Positions 39,101 through 53,400 of a DNA stretch of 64,000 nucleotides are shown piece by piece (position 1 is the stretch's first letter; each line of letters starts with the position of its first letter). A model generated the notes under the pieces. It saw only the letters and a list, made by a program, of their open reading frames with translations. It was not told the DNA's origin and did no database searches. Source of the DNA: Bugula neritina (Eukaryota; Animalia; Bryozoa); the NCBI GenBank assembly GCA_964035545.1, contig OZ037768.1, positions 4,434,741-4,498,740 of the forward strand. The letters run 5' to 3'. The translations under genes were made by a program, and so were the position numbers.

Positions 39101-42100
39101 ATACTTGGATTGCAGTTGGCCACATATAACTAGATTATGGAGGGGCTGAATTATGCTTTCTCTCTATTAATATAAACAGGCACCTCTTAGTCTATACTGA
39201 AGGTATTTATATATTCTGAGCTGCTATGTAAACATACAGTTTAATACACTGTATGATTATTAGTGACCTGTATACACAAAATCTTCTCCATCTACCACTC
39301 CAGCCATTTCTATATCAATCTAAATCTTTTTGTTCATACTTAAATCATCTTCAACTAATCCAATGCATCAAGCCCCACTCATAATGCAAACCTTCTCTAA
39401 TATTTATCTTTAGTTTTGGCTGGCATTTTAGGAGAGGATTAGTTCATGTAGCATGGATTTTCAACATAGCAGGCTCTGCTATAACAAGTTGTAATAGAAT
39501 ACTTTGCATTCATCATCCAACATAGCTAAGCAATTCACCTCAGCCTTCGTGTCTCTACAAGTCATAATGTAATAAGCCAAAGAATCTTTGACACTCAAAC
39601 ATTAAATTGTTTTATTATCAACCAATGTTAGTCGCTACTAACAGAGGATATAAAAATGGCAGCAATAAAATTTCACATCTATTTATGTTGATGAGAAAAA
39701 GTAATTTGGGAGTCTTTGCCCTCATTTTATGACTCAAGGTATGTCTGGGAGATTTGGTGATAATTTCACAGGAAGCTTACAGAGACATAACGTGATAGGG
39801 TGGACAGAGGTTGACTGGTGATGAATGAACGTGAAGTGCCAGTGGCACATAGCCTCTCCTGTATATAATATTTATGAATAGTCAGGTATTTTATATCACG
39901 AGTCTGACAACTGTTTTGTGGAGCCCAGGGGAATATCTCCTCTTAATTACCGGCTCATTAGGCTCTCATACTAACAATACGGATTTTCAAAGTAGTTAGT
40001 GGTTTCTCAAATCACGCAGACTGTAGGTCTGCACGCAACCAAGTGTCTCTAACCTCTATAAAAACTCATTTGCCAATTATTATCTGTAGTCTAAATTCTT
40101 CAGAAAATAATAATATCGTAATAATAATTTCTTTTAATAACATGAAAATCATTGATGAGCTCTCACGGTTGAAGGGTGAAGAGATAAATAAGCCGATAAG
40201 AATAGCTATTTATAATGTTATTATGTTCCCTACTGACTGCTCTGTGAAAGCTGGAGTGCTTTTCTAGTCTTAGCTCCACACAGTTATTCATTTATTCTAC
40301 TAAATATTAGCCTTGTAGGAAAGGTTGGGGTATTTAGTTTTAATGATCCAGTCTAGGCTTAGAGAGCTGCACTAAGTAGTTTGCCGTTGTGGAAGTGGAT
40401 TAATTACATCTAAACTCCAGGACTCCTGCTTGCTTTTCAAGTCTGCCAGTCTTGTCATTCTACAGTCTACACATTCTATAACTAGAGTTAGATTGCCTGT
40501 TACAATTCTCTAGCACATCTAATACCTCTGAAGATTTCATTACCCTATAGAACTGAAAATAGATGAAATATTGCTTGCTAGGTCTCTCAAATGGATGTTT
40601 TTATGACTTTGGTACAATGGTGTGCGCAATAACCATTGTGTTGCTTGGACCCACACTCAGACTAGGAATGTTATTAGATCCTGTCAAGTATGTTACCAGT
40701 GCGTAGATAGAAAACATCCCGGCAGCGATAAGTCAGCGTCACATCAAACTGCATTGCACTGGCCGATTGTTTTCTTACACACTGTTAGTGCTCTACACAC
40801 TTTCAGTGGCTGATGCTACTGGCTGCATGTATGAAGGTTTTGTGGTCACTAATAGCCAGCATTTAGCTATTGGCTAAGAGGCGGTTAACTTAGCTTTTGG
40901 TCTGCTAGTATTAATTTCTGGTTTCGTGGTTAGCTTGTGTATTATTGTGGTTGTATGTTGGATATGTTTCCTACACGACTTTATGTCTATATGAAATACC
41001 ATCAATATAACTATTATTCATATGTACATCAAATAAAGTTGCAAGCAATCAGTTTTGGGCCATTTAGTTTTGCACAGTGATGATATATTACTTAGCAAAT
41101 GCTTCTACTTAGCAATGCTTTACATGGTCAAACATATATATGTTTTATAGCAGAACCTAAATTATATGAATATGCAGATTGCCATAAATAATAGCTATAA
41201 GCTAAGCTCCAGTATACCAAGTATGCAGGGAATAAGCACATGTTAATATTATATTAATTACAGTCCTATATAGCTGTGGGGCAGGGAATGTACCCTGCAC
41301 TTAATTACTGCACGTCACACTGGAACAGTATTTAAATTAATTATGAATAAATATTATTAATAAGGTTATTAGTATTTTGTAAGTACAGCTTATATTTGCC
41401 ATCTAAACATAATTCCCTGACCGTACATGTATACCACCGATCTATCACCAGCATTTTGTAATCCAGTTCAGGTGTTTAAGTCTAAATATACAGGGTTTAG
41501 TTTCCACCGGGTATGCTTAAATACCCCAGATTATTGTCTTGTACTTGATAACTTCAGGCTTTGCCTCAGTTTTTTGCTGGTTATGAAAAACATCCTGTCA
41601 GTCATGTATGTTGTAATTGGTAAACACCATAATTACTGCAGAATCGGTTCTTCTCTTACTTTATACTTCTCTTCCAGAATTCTTTTAACATGGTTTGGTT
41701 TTTGGTTTATTAAGTTGAACCATTTGCTAGGCAAGATGTAGATGGTTGTATTCTTTATCTTAAAAATACTGGCATGTTTCACAGGTGCTACAAGGTGCTA
41801 CTGCAACAGAGAGGAGTGTAAAGACACACACACATGCCTATCTCTCACAGAAACCTGCTACTCTAAGTTATTCACTGTACATCCACATGAAAACAGCACA
41901 ACACAGACCTCTTCAAGAGACGAGCATGGCTGCGTAGATCTCGTGAAATCAGATATTCCTGGAGGACCAGGTTTGTGCGATGGTAGAGGAGATGTCATCA
42001 AACAGCTGAAGGAGCTGCAACCTCTAATACTCTGTTGCTCAGACACTATGTGTAACTATAGAAGAAATCAAGACATACAAGTAGACCTCATGGACTCCTC

Positions 42101-43768
42101 TGCACCTGGCGTACCTAAAGGTGAGGAAAGCTAGCCTTTGGAGACATCAAGTTTAAATATCGAAAATAGTGGCAATAGAATTGTCAATAACAATTGGCCA
42201 TATTTTTTATCTAATTCTAATCGGCTTATGCATCGGCCACAGACAGCTGCACGAAGAAGACGCTTTAGAGTGCTAATAAATGTAGATATATACTTTAAGA
42301 ATAGATAACTCAGTGCTCACTGCTTATACAATATTCTGGCGACTGCTTAAGCCCTTATGTACAGACTAGTGAGTGTACATAAGTTATCAAAAAGAATTCA
42401 TTGCTTACACAGCCCAGTAATCTTGCATTGGTTCAAGGGATTATACTTATGATGGTGATGTATAAATGCTGTCTTATCTCCCAACCCGAGTGTTGAGGTT
42501 GAGACCTGAGCTACTCATATCTCAGTCCTAATTAGCAAAGATAATGATATGTGCATCACTTATCCTCCAATACTGAGTCATAATAACAAAGCAGTTTGGT
42601 AACCAAGTCCCACGAGTTTTAGAGCAATTTCAAAGAGATAGCCATCTATTTGTATAATAATATTATATATATATATAATTATTAGGAGCATACAAATTAC
42701 ATAAAAATATGCAACAGAAAGGCAATGGAGCTAGTTTAGACTAGAGTGTGCGTGTTAATATTATTACACGCTGGCTCCTAGTTGTTGTCTAGCATTGAAT
42801 GACTTGTGTTGTAGACAAAGTATTAAATTCACATTAAATCTGTATGCATAAGATATAAAGTGAATTTAAAAATAACAAAGAATGGCAGATGTATTAGTTC
42901 TACATTATAGTTATTGTTAAGAATGCAGTAAGATGATTTATTACACAAAAGCCCTGCCTTGTGATTTTATTATATTTCTACATGTACTGCATCGTGAACT
43001 TTTGGAACAAAAAATCATTTTTATCTATACAAAACACGTTTGCTTTTTAAACATGAGTATACTTTGTGATATGCAAACTATGGACTGTATCGGTTCATTG
43101 CACCGGTGCGTTACCTATATAAGTCTGTTTGCTTTCCATAAAATACGTAAGAAGCTTTCAACTTTTTAGAAGCCTAATCAGTTATACATACATTTCTATA
43201 TTACATCATATATTAAGCATAAAACTTGTAAGAATATGCATGAGACTATCGAAATGTATATCTTAAATTATTGTTTTATTTTACAGCACAATCTTCTAAA
43301 AGTTTAGACAACACGGTAACCGCACCTGAATCAGAAGCTGCTAGAAAAGATGAAGACGTTATGTTTCAAGCAGCAGTTATTGCAGTGCCAATAGCTGGTG
43401 GTCTAATCTTGGTTATTCTCATCCTATTGGCTGTTCGAATGCTGCGAGAAGATTACAGAAGGTCTGACAGTCACAGAGGACTAGTAAAAACCAGAAACTT
43501 TATAGAACAGCATTTCGTTAGAAAAGACGAGAAGAAAACTCATAATTATAATAATTCTCACCTGTTGGCGAATATAAAAACAGCAGAGCATACAGTAGCT
43601 CCTGTCCACCACAAACACTGTAGAGATCAGTGGTCAGAAGTGAATGAACGTCTCGTCGGAGAAGACTACAGGGGCTCACAACTCCCATCCAGCCCCAGCA
43701 AATCAACTGTAAAAGTGTCTTTACTGAACACTGCGACTTTGGAGCAACCAAGTCTAACTTTAGTATAG
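36185..43768 (+). CDS. BAMBI: BMP and activin membrane-bound inhibitor (pseudoreceptor), 3 exons, 297 aa
   Basis: Exons 36185-36260 (signal peptide MADHHRVSWWNKIIICLLCCTLAAQ, GTAAGT donor), 41785-42120 (RCYCN...HGC...CCSDTMCNYR) and 43287-43768. The TM signature FQAAVIAVPIAGGLILVILILLAVRMLR closely matches vertebrate BAMBI (FRAAVIAVPIAGGLILVLLIMLALRMLR). No kinase domain. Confidence 0.95.
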
Positions 43769-44891
43769 CTGCAGCCCTGCCCTTCTATATACATTTTTAG
43801 TTTATGAATTTTCTGTTTTTTTAGGTTCGCATACTATAAAAGTTCATAATTGTAATTTATTTCAGTGCATTACGCAAGCTTCTAGTCACTTATGACGATA
43901 ACATGGTAGTTGTCTTCTCATATCTATTATATAATTACAAGGTAAACATGATATTGTCAGTTGACATGACTCTAAACTATGAATCTAGTCAGGGTGCATA
44001 ATTAGTCACTGTCTCAAACTGGGTGATATCACATACATCCTGTTAGTATTTCACTGATGCTAGAAAGTCAATGTTTCACACTGGTGTTGAATTTTATTTC
44101 AAACAATTACTTGCTCAAATAGGTTTCACGCTATTTTGTAAAAAAACATGTAGCTAACTAATATGTCAATGTTCTATTCAATATTTTCAATATTTTCAAT
44201 GCTTTGTATTTATCATTTGTATATAAACTTGTTACCTTAAATAATAATTATAATACTTGAAACATAAATAATTGTAATCAGTTTCTCAATTTGAATTCAC
44301 AAACGTGCAGAAGGATTAAAAGATATTGTATGTATCCTATTGGCATATTAAAGTATATGCCTAAGTTGATCTTGACTATAATGTGGCTAGTTTGAATAAA
44401 GTTTGAAGCTGTAAATACATAGGTCATACCAGTATGTTCAATATTGCTAATTAATGTATTGCTAAAATATTAAAATATGAGCTGATGATTGCATATAGAT
44501 TATAATACATTGTAAGTGAACTGTTGTTGCTAATTTGCACCATCTTCAATTTGCTATCATAATTATAAATGACATTTAAATAGTTCATATAATTATAAAA
44601 AATGCATGTTTTATGAAATAATTATTTATGAAAAGATTTTATATTAATTATCAACTTCATCATATTACTATCCTTTAAGGCCTGTACTTTAACATCTAGT
44701 GCTAAAATGAAAGTTATTATCTTCTTAATTAATATAGTTGCATAAATGCATAATAATATGCAGTGTTTAGCAACTGTATACATTATTCCATGAATAAGCA
44801 GTATGGAAATTACTATCACAAGTCACAATATATAAAGCACTTGCTGTAATTAAACTATAATCACGAAAATATATAAACTGTTTGTAATATA

Positions 44892-44894
<3 letters not shown>

Positions 44895-44934
<40 letters not shown>

Positions 44935-44945
44935 CGCGCGTGTGC
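44895..44945. repeat. (TG)n microsatellite
   Basis: Direct inspection. Confidence 0.95.
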
Positions 44946-47438
44946 ATCTCACAAATATATATAACTATGTTTTGTAGTAGCTAATAATACTGAACCAAAT
45001 AATGGTAGTATCATGCATTGAAAAATTACAATTACAGTTTTACATTTTGAGTTGTCTGTCCATATATGTATCACTACTGGTAGATAGTGTAGACAACTTT
45101 TAATATAGCTACCTCTCGCTATTGAAAAGAACTAGCCCACATGGCTTGCATGCATAAGAAGGCCTTTTGGTCAAAATAATGTGTGATAATTTTATTATGA
45201 TAGACCTTCAAAATAATTTAAAAGATGTTAGGTAAACATATTTACAAATTTCTGTTTTCTCTATATGACATATTATGGTTGCGTGTGTTTTGACAATAGA
45301 TCACTGCAATGAAAATGGTAAATTTGATTTCATTATTGCTCCAGTATAATTATACCAATAGTATATATAATATTATATTCACATTTCAAAACTATAATAT
45401 ATGTACAAAAATATATTTATTGTAACATATTTGAAAATGCTGTTGCTGTTTATCATGAGATTTTAAGTTAATGACAACAGCAACTTTTATATACTATTCT
45501 TACAGTCAAGTATGATGTATTGCAAATGTATATTCAGCAATGGCTGTAATCATCAATCATATTATATAGTTGTATACATGTATAGTATATTTATAGCTTA
45601 TGTTTTTCTTAGTTGTCCTGTATTGGCAACTGACTTCATCTCATTACATTATGTAATTTACAAGTCTCTTTTTGTATTCATCCTTCAATGAAACTTCGTT
45701 GAAGGTTACTGAGTGCCATCAGTCAACTTTTATTTTGGTAGAAAATGAAAAAGATCGAGGTTGAAAATTCCTAAACTATACAACAATTATCAAATGGGAG
45801 CCTGGTTATGTCAATAAGGCATTTTCCTTATTTATAATGAGCAGAAAATAGAATGTTCAATAATTGTTTACTAACTATAGTGTTGAGAAGCAGGGCTAAT
45901 ATTTTGTTCCTCAATGGTCACATAACTCCTACACAGTTAAAAACTATTCCTTTCATAATATTTTTCCTATAAGCCTAATAACAGAAAAAGCTTCAACATC
46001 TTTCACTGGCCCTGCTTTAAGCATGCATAAGCCCTATGCTTATCCTGACAAAGTTAATTGTTTGAGGCTGCACTAAGCAATTATGAGACTTGTTTTTAGA
46101 AATAATAAGGTATATATTTATATTAAGTATATAATATATATTATATTGATTATATACGTAATATAACAGTTTGTTATGTTACTATAGGGATTTGAAGCTT
46201 CGTTTTACAGAATAATTGATGGTGATGAAAATGTATCAATATAATTTACTAATTAGGTTTATTTATGGCTCTTTTATCACTTGATATTTTTTTTCAGTAA
46301 TATACGGCCATAGTTTGAGTTTGAAGTAAGCAGGTCAGCTAGTTTTGAATAACCTTGTATAATATAGCATATTACTTATTTGGCAAAGTATGTTATGATA
46401 AATTATTCTGGAACCAACGCACAAACTACCAAACTGCTTATTTTTACTAAAATGGTCAAACAACAAGGCTGGTGAGCCACAAGAAAATCATCTTAGCTAG
46501 TGTATATTTGCAAGCAAGAATATAACCTATTTATAGTTGTGATTTAGGCATTATTTATATATATAACTGTATTGATGCAAGTTGTGAGAATTCGGTTTAA
46601 AGTAGTAATCAGAAATAAATGTGAGAAAATAACAGAATTGAAGCACAGGAAATTTTACAATAGTATCAGTCAAAAAATATATATCTATAACTTTTTGTAA
46701 TGTATATAACTAATAATAATACAATGAAAAATATAGTTAGATAAAATGCAAAATAAGTTAAAAATCAAACATTAATATTATATTACTGAAATTAAAGTGA
46801 AGTATAATACAAATTTATTTATTACATATTAGAGTAAAAATAATCCAAAAAGAAAGATTTCATAATTTATATCATAGTCAAAAATATATTTTGTACTATA
46901 AAAGTTATAAATCTCCCATTCATAGAATAATGACTGCTAGTACTGATTCATTTGAAATAGCCTACAATATAAATTTTAACTATATATGTTTCAAGGTTAC
47001 AATCAATTCGACTTTTTTTACTCAAATATATAATAAAGAAATGAATATTAACAAGAATATTTTGATATACTGAAACATTTCAGTTTAAATCAATGTTTAT
47101 AAAAAAAGCGTATAACAGCTAGACAAGATGGTTAACAAAAAGGCATATGATGTTATTAGATTAACATAGAGTAAGTATTTAAACTAATGAATTATCGTCA
47201 TACAGTTGCTGCATCTAGTTTTTAGTAAAAAAGATAGAATACAGAAAATTGAATAAAATGGCAGCTGCATTACTTTGACCTTTGAATACAGCAAACTGAT
47301 TGTCGTCAAAAATGAGCTATAAAATTGTTCAAACTGATCAGGCAGCAGAAGCCATTGTAGTGATTGCTGACTAGCACGAGAAGATGTCATTCAGTTGTCC
47401 ATTTATGTAACTTCTACTAAATGAAGAAAACCTCTATT

Positions 47439-50400
47439 TTAAGGCACATCATAGTCAGAGTTAAAGCTATTAGAGCTGAGTTCATGACATATAAGTGTAG
47501 ATTCATAGGGCTCAATGAGAGACGGTGTTACGGCCCCCTTTCCACGCTCCATTGTTAATAAATGTGACATTTGTGCTTTGCTACTCAACATCTTTTGCTG
47601 GATTATCCAACTTTTGCGGGACGTTGACTTTTTTCTTCTATAAACCCAAATTTTTATGATGACTAAAATTGAGGCTATAACTACTAAAATGAAGACAATC
47701 ACAAGTACTATTAGCAATAAGAACACTAGACGTAAGGTGCTGCTGTACTCATCGTCTGCTATCAAGTTTGATCTGTGTTCTTGTATTCCATTTAATGATA
47801 GAGTTGTCTTATCATCCAGTCTGGCAGATGGGTTTATATTCAAGTTTGTAGTTATCTCACCAGTGTCTACAAAGTTAGCAAGTTTCTAAAACTGAGATGA
47901 GAACATGGGGGGCAGATAAGTGTCTGCCTCTCAAAAACTTGTATATAAAACTGATGCCAATTTGAGGCTAACACAAAATAGTTGTCTTTTATATTTTTCA
48001 ACTTTTTTACTGTTGGTACTTTTATAGCAATAATTCACTTTAAAGAACATAACATAGGAGTAGTAACTTTATTTTATACTTATGTTTTCTAATATAAAAT
48101 AGATATTTCTATCAATAGGCCTATATAATTTATATAGCCAGATTAAAGAAAACTTTCATGCACATTCTGGTACCAATATTTGTTCTATGCCTGATACATA
48201 ATTTACATTAACTTTTATTATTGAATGTATGAGAGTTTATTCAAATCTATCATTACTGATAGTGCTAGATGCATACTATTATTCATTGATGCAATTTGCT
48301 CTTAATTTTTAACTCTTAATTCCAAAGTGCAATTGCGATTAAAATGCTTCTGTGTCAATCATACATCAACTAAATAAACAATAAAATCCAGACATACCTC
48401 GCATAACTTCAGGAGGCAGCGTCAGGTTCTTGTTACACAACTCCGTGTAGCAGCATTCGGTGTGAGGCCACTCTGAGGTGAACAAAGTCGGCTTCAATCT
48501 GGAGCTATCACAGAGTAGACCTGCTTTTACACATCCCATTGTGATGTGGGGTTCCATCTGTAAGAGAAAGATATACATGGCTTTATAAAAGATTTTAACT
48601 ATGAAGAGTAACATTACTAAATACAATTAATAAAAAAATATTCTACATACGAGTTCAATTTACTAAAATTTAGTTATTATTATATTAAATATAAATAATG
48701 ATATAGTTAACTTGGAATTATATTATTTTATTTTGATGTTATTTTATTAAAAAAAGTATTCAATAGTATCAACTATCATAATATAAGTATTATAATAACA
48801 TCTAGCATAGTGCAACATGTTGAAATGCGTAGGTATCTTAGCCAGTTGTCTTGTACGAACTTATTTTTGACATCTGAAATGCCACAGCAAGAAAAAATAT
48901 GATATATTAAGTGGCATGATATGCAAAGATTTTTAGACCAATCAGCTGCAACTAATTATTAAGGTGATGTGTGCAGCTAGGCTGTTGCTTAATAACCCAT
49001 TTTAGGTTTTTATGGCAGGTTTATTTGAGAATATACTATGAGCGTCTGCTTTGTACCATAAACTTGCAGAAGGCCTTCTTTCTAATGTAGATATGTATGT
49101 ACAATGTATATTATTACTAATAGCATTGTTTGCACAACTGCGCCAATAGCTGCTGTGAGTTACTGTATTCCAATGGAGGGGTCAGAGGTCAAATGGTGGT
49201 GTCCCCCATTAATAAATACATTAAAGAAATATTTTTATTTAAGTCAATTAGTTTAATTACATTCCTAATGTAATTTCTCCAATGCCCCAACTGCAATAGA
49301 CAAGTAGGTAGAGTAATTCTTTAACAATGCTTTCAGCTGATAACCTATTTGGTAATTATCTTACCATGTATTCAGTAACCCAGTAGGAAAGAGCTATGGT
49401 CCCAAGGACCAGGTGAACAAATAATGGCATTGTTTCTACCCATGGCGTTATATTTTCTAGGGCATATTGTGTGAGCCCTCCTCAATAAAACATGGATACA
49501 TATGCTATATAGAAAGTTAAGCAACCATGCTTTTTAAAGTCGGTTTATATTGACAAAGTTTAATTACTGCGTAGTAGTGCGCTGTACGGAACTTTGCATA
49601 TGGAAAATAAAACATATAAACAAAATTTCCCTCCCATACTGTGAGAATATGCTTTGAAATTTCTATTTAATTGAATTAGTATATAGAGTTAAAGTAATAC
49701 TAAAACCAATGCAGTTTATCTATTAGAAAAATGGAAGTAAATGCAATTGATTTACTTTTTTAATTATGTAATTCAACGACAGTACACATTAATTATCATT
49801 TTAGAATTTTTGTTGATTTCTGAAGCCATTATTTTTTTAGGTATCGCAAAAGCAATATGCTGGCCTGTTTCTACTGTCAACGCGTAATCCAATCAGTATG
49901 CAAAATTATTCATAAAAACTTCAGCTGGTGACTATTCTTTGTTTGCATTAGGATTATAGAAATATCAAAATTTCAAATCTATTTACACGAAACATTAAGC
50001 TTGTGAAGGATTCAGATTTTAGTCCATCTTCAGAGGTATTAAGTCCAACTGTCTACTCATCAGACACAAAGTTATACCAACTAAGAGACTAAAAGCACTG
50101 TGCCACGCACCAATAATCATGCATGTTAATGAGACTCTGTTGCTGGAATAACTAATTATTAAAAGTGAAAAGTTCAATAGTTTTTGTCATAACCTTGAAC
50201 ATGGGAAAAAGAAAATCAGATAGTTCAGTCAATAAGGAATGGTATTGAATTATATTGCTGTACTGATTCTATCAGTGTCCAACATTTGAATCAGAATGAA
50301 CAACTTTTCATGACAAAGAATATTTATTTTTGTCAAACTGGTCTTGATATTATCAGCCTAATCTCAATAAAATTACAGTTATTTTGTCTCTAACTGTTGA

Positions 50401-53400
50401 CACTAAATGAACCACAAGCCTTGCCAATCTTGGTCTAAACTCTAGTTTGAGCCAATTCACCAGGTAACCAGTAATTCTCTACTTCAAACAGATGAGTTGA
50501 TCAATAAAGAGACTCTGTGGTAGAAGATTGGTGATAATAAACCATGTGTTGACTGCTGATGGTAGAGATAAGCATTGCAGTGTTACAGCACTAGAATGTT
50601 TCCTCCAACCACCTATAGGACTGTCCACCAAAGCCATTTAGGAGCAGTAGTAGAGAAATTTAGATAGTTTAAGTTCTTTAATTTTTTTGGAATCTTGGTT
50701 TTGGGTCGAGGGTTAAAATTTTTGCAAGAGCGTAGCTTCCTTTGCTACATTTCATAATGTCTAGCACAGCTCACTGGATAATTACTATAGTAGGTAACTG
50801 AGAGGTAGGTGGAGTAATGGAGAAACTGAGAAAAGCCTGTGTTTCTAGATAAGAAATGTAGCATAAGAAGTTATGTTCAGAAAACTTCAATTTTGCACCT
50901 ATCTTGATAAACTTCAACTCACCCATGAATATAACATAGCAACATGCAACTAACTGGAGATTATTCTAGATAGTTAAAAGCAGCAACTAACCTTGGAGTA
51001 GTACTGTTTGTAGCACCCAAGTTCAGGCTTATCTTGGACACACATATTGGACCGTTCTTCACTCAAACACTTTTCCTCTGTGCAGTAGCACGTCAAGGAT
51101 TCTAAAAAAACAAAGTTTGCACTCTTTATAAAAAAATACTGACCCTGCTAATTAATGCAAATAATGTAGACTAGTACAAATGTAGTTCTGTTGAGTGCTA
51201 GAATAAAGCAAAATTGAAAAGCTCAAAATCCAAACTCTAAACTCTATACCAACAAATATATGTTCGAGAATTGCAATATAAGTTTTTATGAAGAGATTGT
51301 TTTCTATTAAAGTCAAAATTTACTAGTATTTTGGTAATTCATGTCCATTTTTTAAATGTTGTGGTCAATATCTTTACCAGCTCGATTGGGCAACTAAAAG
51401 GAGTTGAAATAAACACCACTGCAATATTTGCTTATCCTTTTCATATAAAGCTGCAGTAGATATTTTCAAGCCTTAAAAACATTCTTTTTAAATTTCTTCG
51501 GTTTTACTTGCTTCCAAGAATGTTGCTGTTTATGGCTCACACTAATTCAATTAATTCTATGATTCCCTAAAATTTTCAACAAATACGTTCAGCTATGGGC
51601 TCCATCAGAAAATAAAGCTCTGTTGAGATTTTACAAGTTAACTTCATTGCTTGAAGATCATGTTAAACCAGAGTTCACAGAGCTGATAGATCACTTTAGT
51701 AAAGCGATTAAAAATGTATTAAAATGTAAGGCTGCTTAAAATACTACATAAAGTGAATTGTTTTAAAGTAATACTGTGCAAATTTACTCCCACATAATCA
51801 GTAATCTACTGTAGGAATAATTTTGTACTAAAATGGCTGAAGGTAAAATCCTGCCCTTTTAATTGGACTTTAAAGAGGATTAAAGTAAACAGCAGTGCAC
51901 TGGTTTGCTCTACTCCACAGCGCTGTAAAACCTTCTGGCTTAGAATGATGAGGCAGTTAAAAAGTCGGGCTGTACTAGCAATAAACTGGTTTACAACATC
52001 TAAAAACAACAGAACTAGCTGTATAACATAAACAACCTAATAAAAAGTAATTATTTATATCATCTCAAATGTTTGATGGGATAAAAATTTGATGTCTTCA
52101 GAGCGTTGCCTACTTCTGCAGTTATGATTAGGAGTAATGAGTTTACAAATAAGCAGCCCAACATTTATTGCAATGGAATAAGCTTCATAATGCCTGACTC
52201 TGACTACCCAATGTTTATTGTAAGAATGTCTATCTAGTTGTTGTTTGTATAGCACTGGAGCCTACAAGCTGCTGGCATTCCTCCACTCATTACTGAACTG
52301 CATTTCAATAATTAATCATTGAACTGGTGGTAGACTTAGCATTGTTATGTTCCACCACGCCTCTTGGCTCCTCCAGTTTGAATATTTCTAATTTTTGTCT
52401 ACATCCTGACACTCCCCAAAAATTCTTTTTTGATTGCAATTATTAGTTATTATTTTTTGTTATAAAAAGTTTTAGCAAAGGGAATAGTATTGCAAAAAGC
52501 CGAATTGCAGAGGAATTTGGAAAAAAAACTTTGTTTAAGAAGTTATGTTCTCACAAAATCTTCACCAGCATTTTGAACCCATATAAATTTAGGTAATGGA
52601 AAATTATAGAATTCTGAACTTTTTCTGCTAATGCAGGAGAAAACAAAATTTGTATTTCTTTTGGCACGCTACAGTGCTATTAACAACCAGACAGCTGATG
52701 CTTTGTGCCAGTTGGTAATGAAATTAAAATCAACCCTCAACAATGACACTTTGCACTATAACCAACGTAATCCAGGTTGAAGTTGAAATATGCTAAATAC
52801 TTCATAGTGTTTATGAAAACAGGATTTTACGCATGGATAGACTAAATAACAGGCAGTTGATTTTTATTGCAACTTCATATCAGTTAGGCTCCATTTTAAT
52901 TGGCATGTTTCATTTATGATTAGTGGAGTTGACAATTTTTATTAACTTTATTGTTTGGTATTAGTCTGCAGTAGAAAATAGTACAGAGGACTGTCTGCTA
53001 GCCTGAATGCAGAGCCAACAGATTGAGGTGGATGTCTACTATAAATGCTTGACTTTGTCAGCTGTCAGCTGCTCACAACTGCTGCCGATTCACTAACACA
53101 TATCCTTTCTCTGTCAGCTATCCTTTCTATGCTGTTATTCCAGTCAAACCCTTTACTTATTGTCTGATTTTAGAAGATCTTTCGTCAAAACTCAGAAATA
53201 TTGTTAATTTTGATCGCAAAAAGAACTGCAGTTTGAAACCTGCATAACTTATTTTCAGCTACACTAAGCCATGAATAATAGATGATACTTGAAGAGAGAT
53301 AAATTTGATTATAAGCTGATCCTGATAGCAACAGCCACCTTTATAATTGAAACAAAATTGTTAGTTCTGCCAATATTAGGGAATATTATTGAAAATCAAT

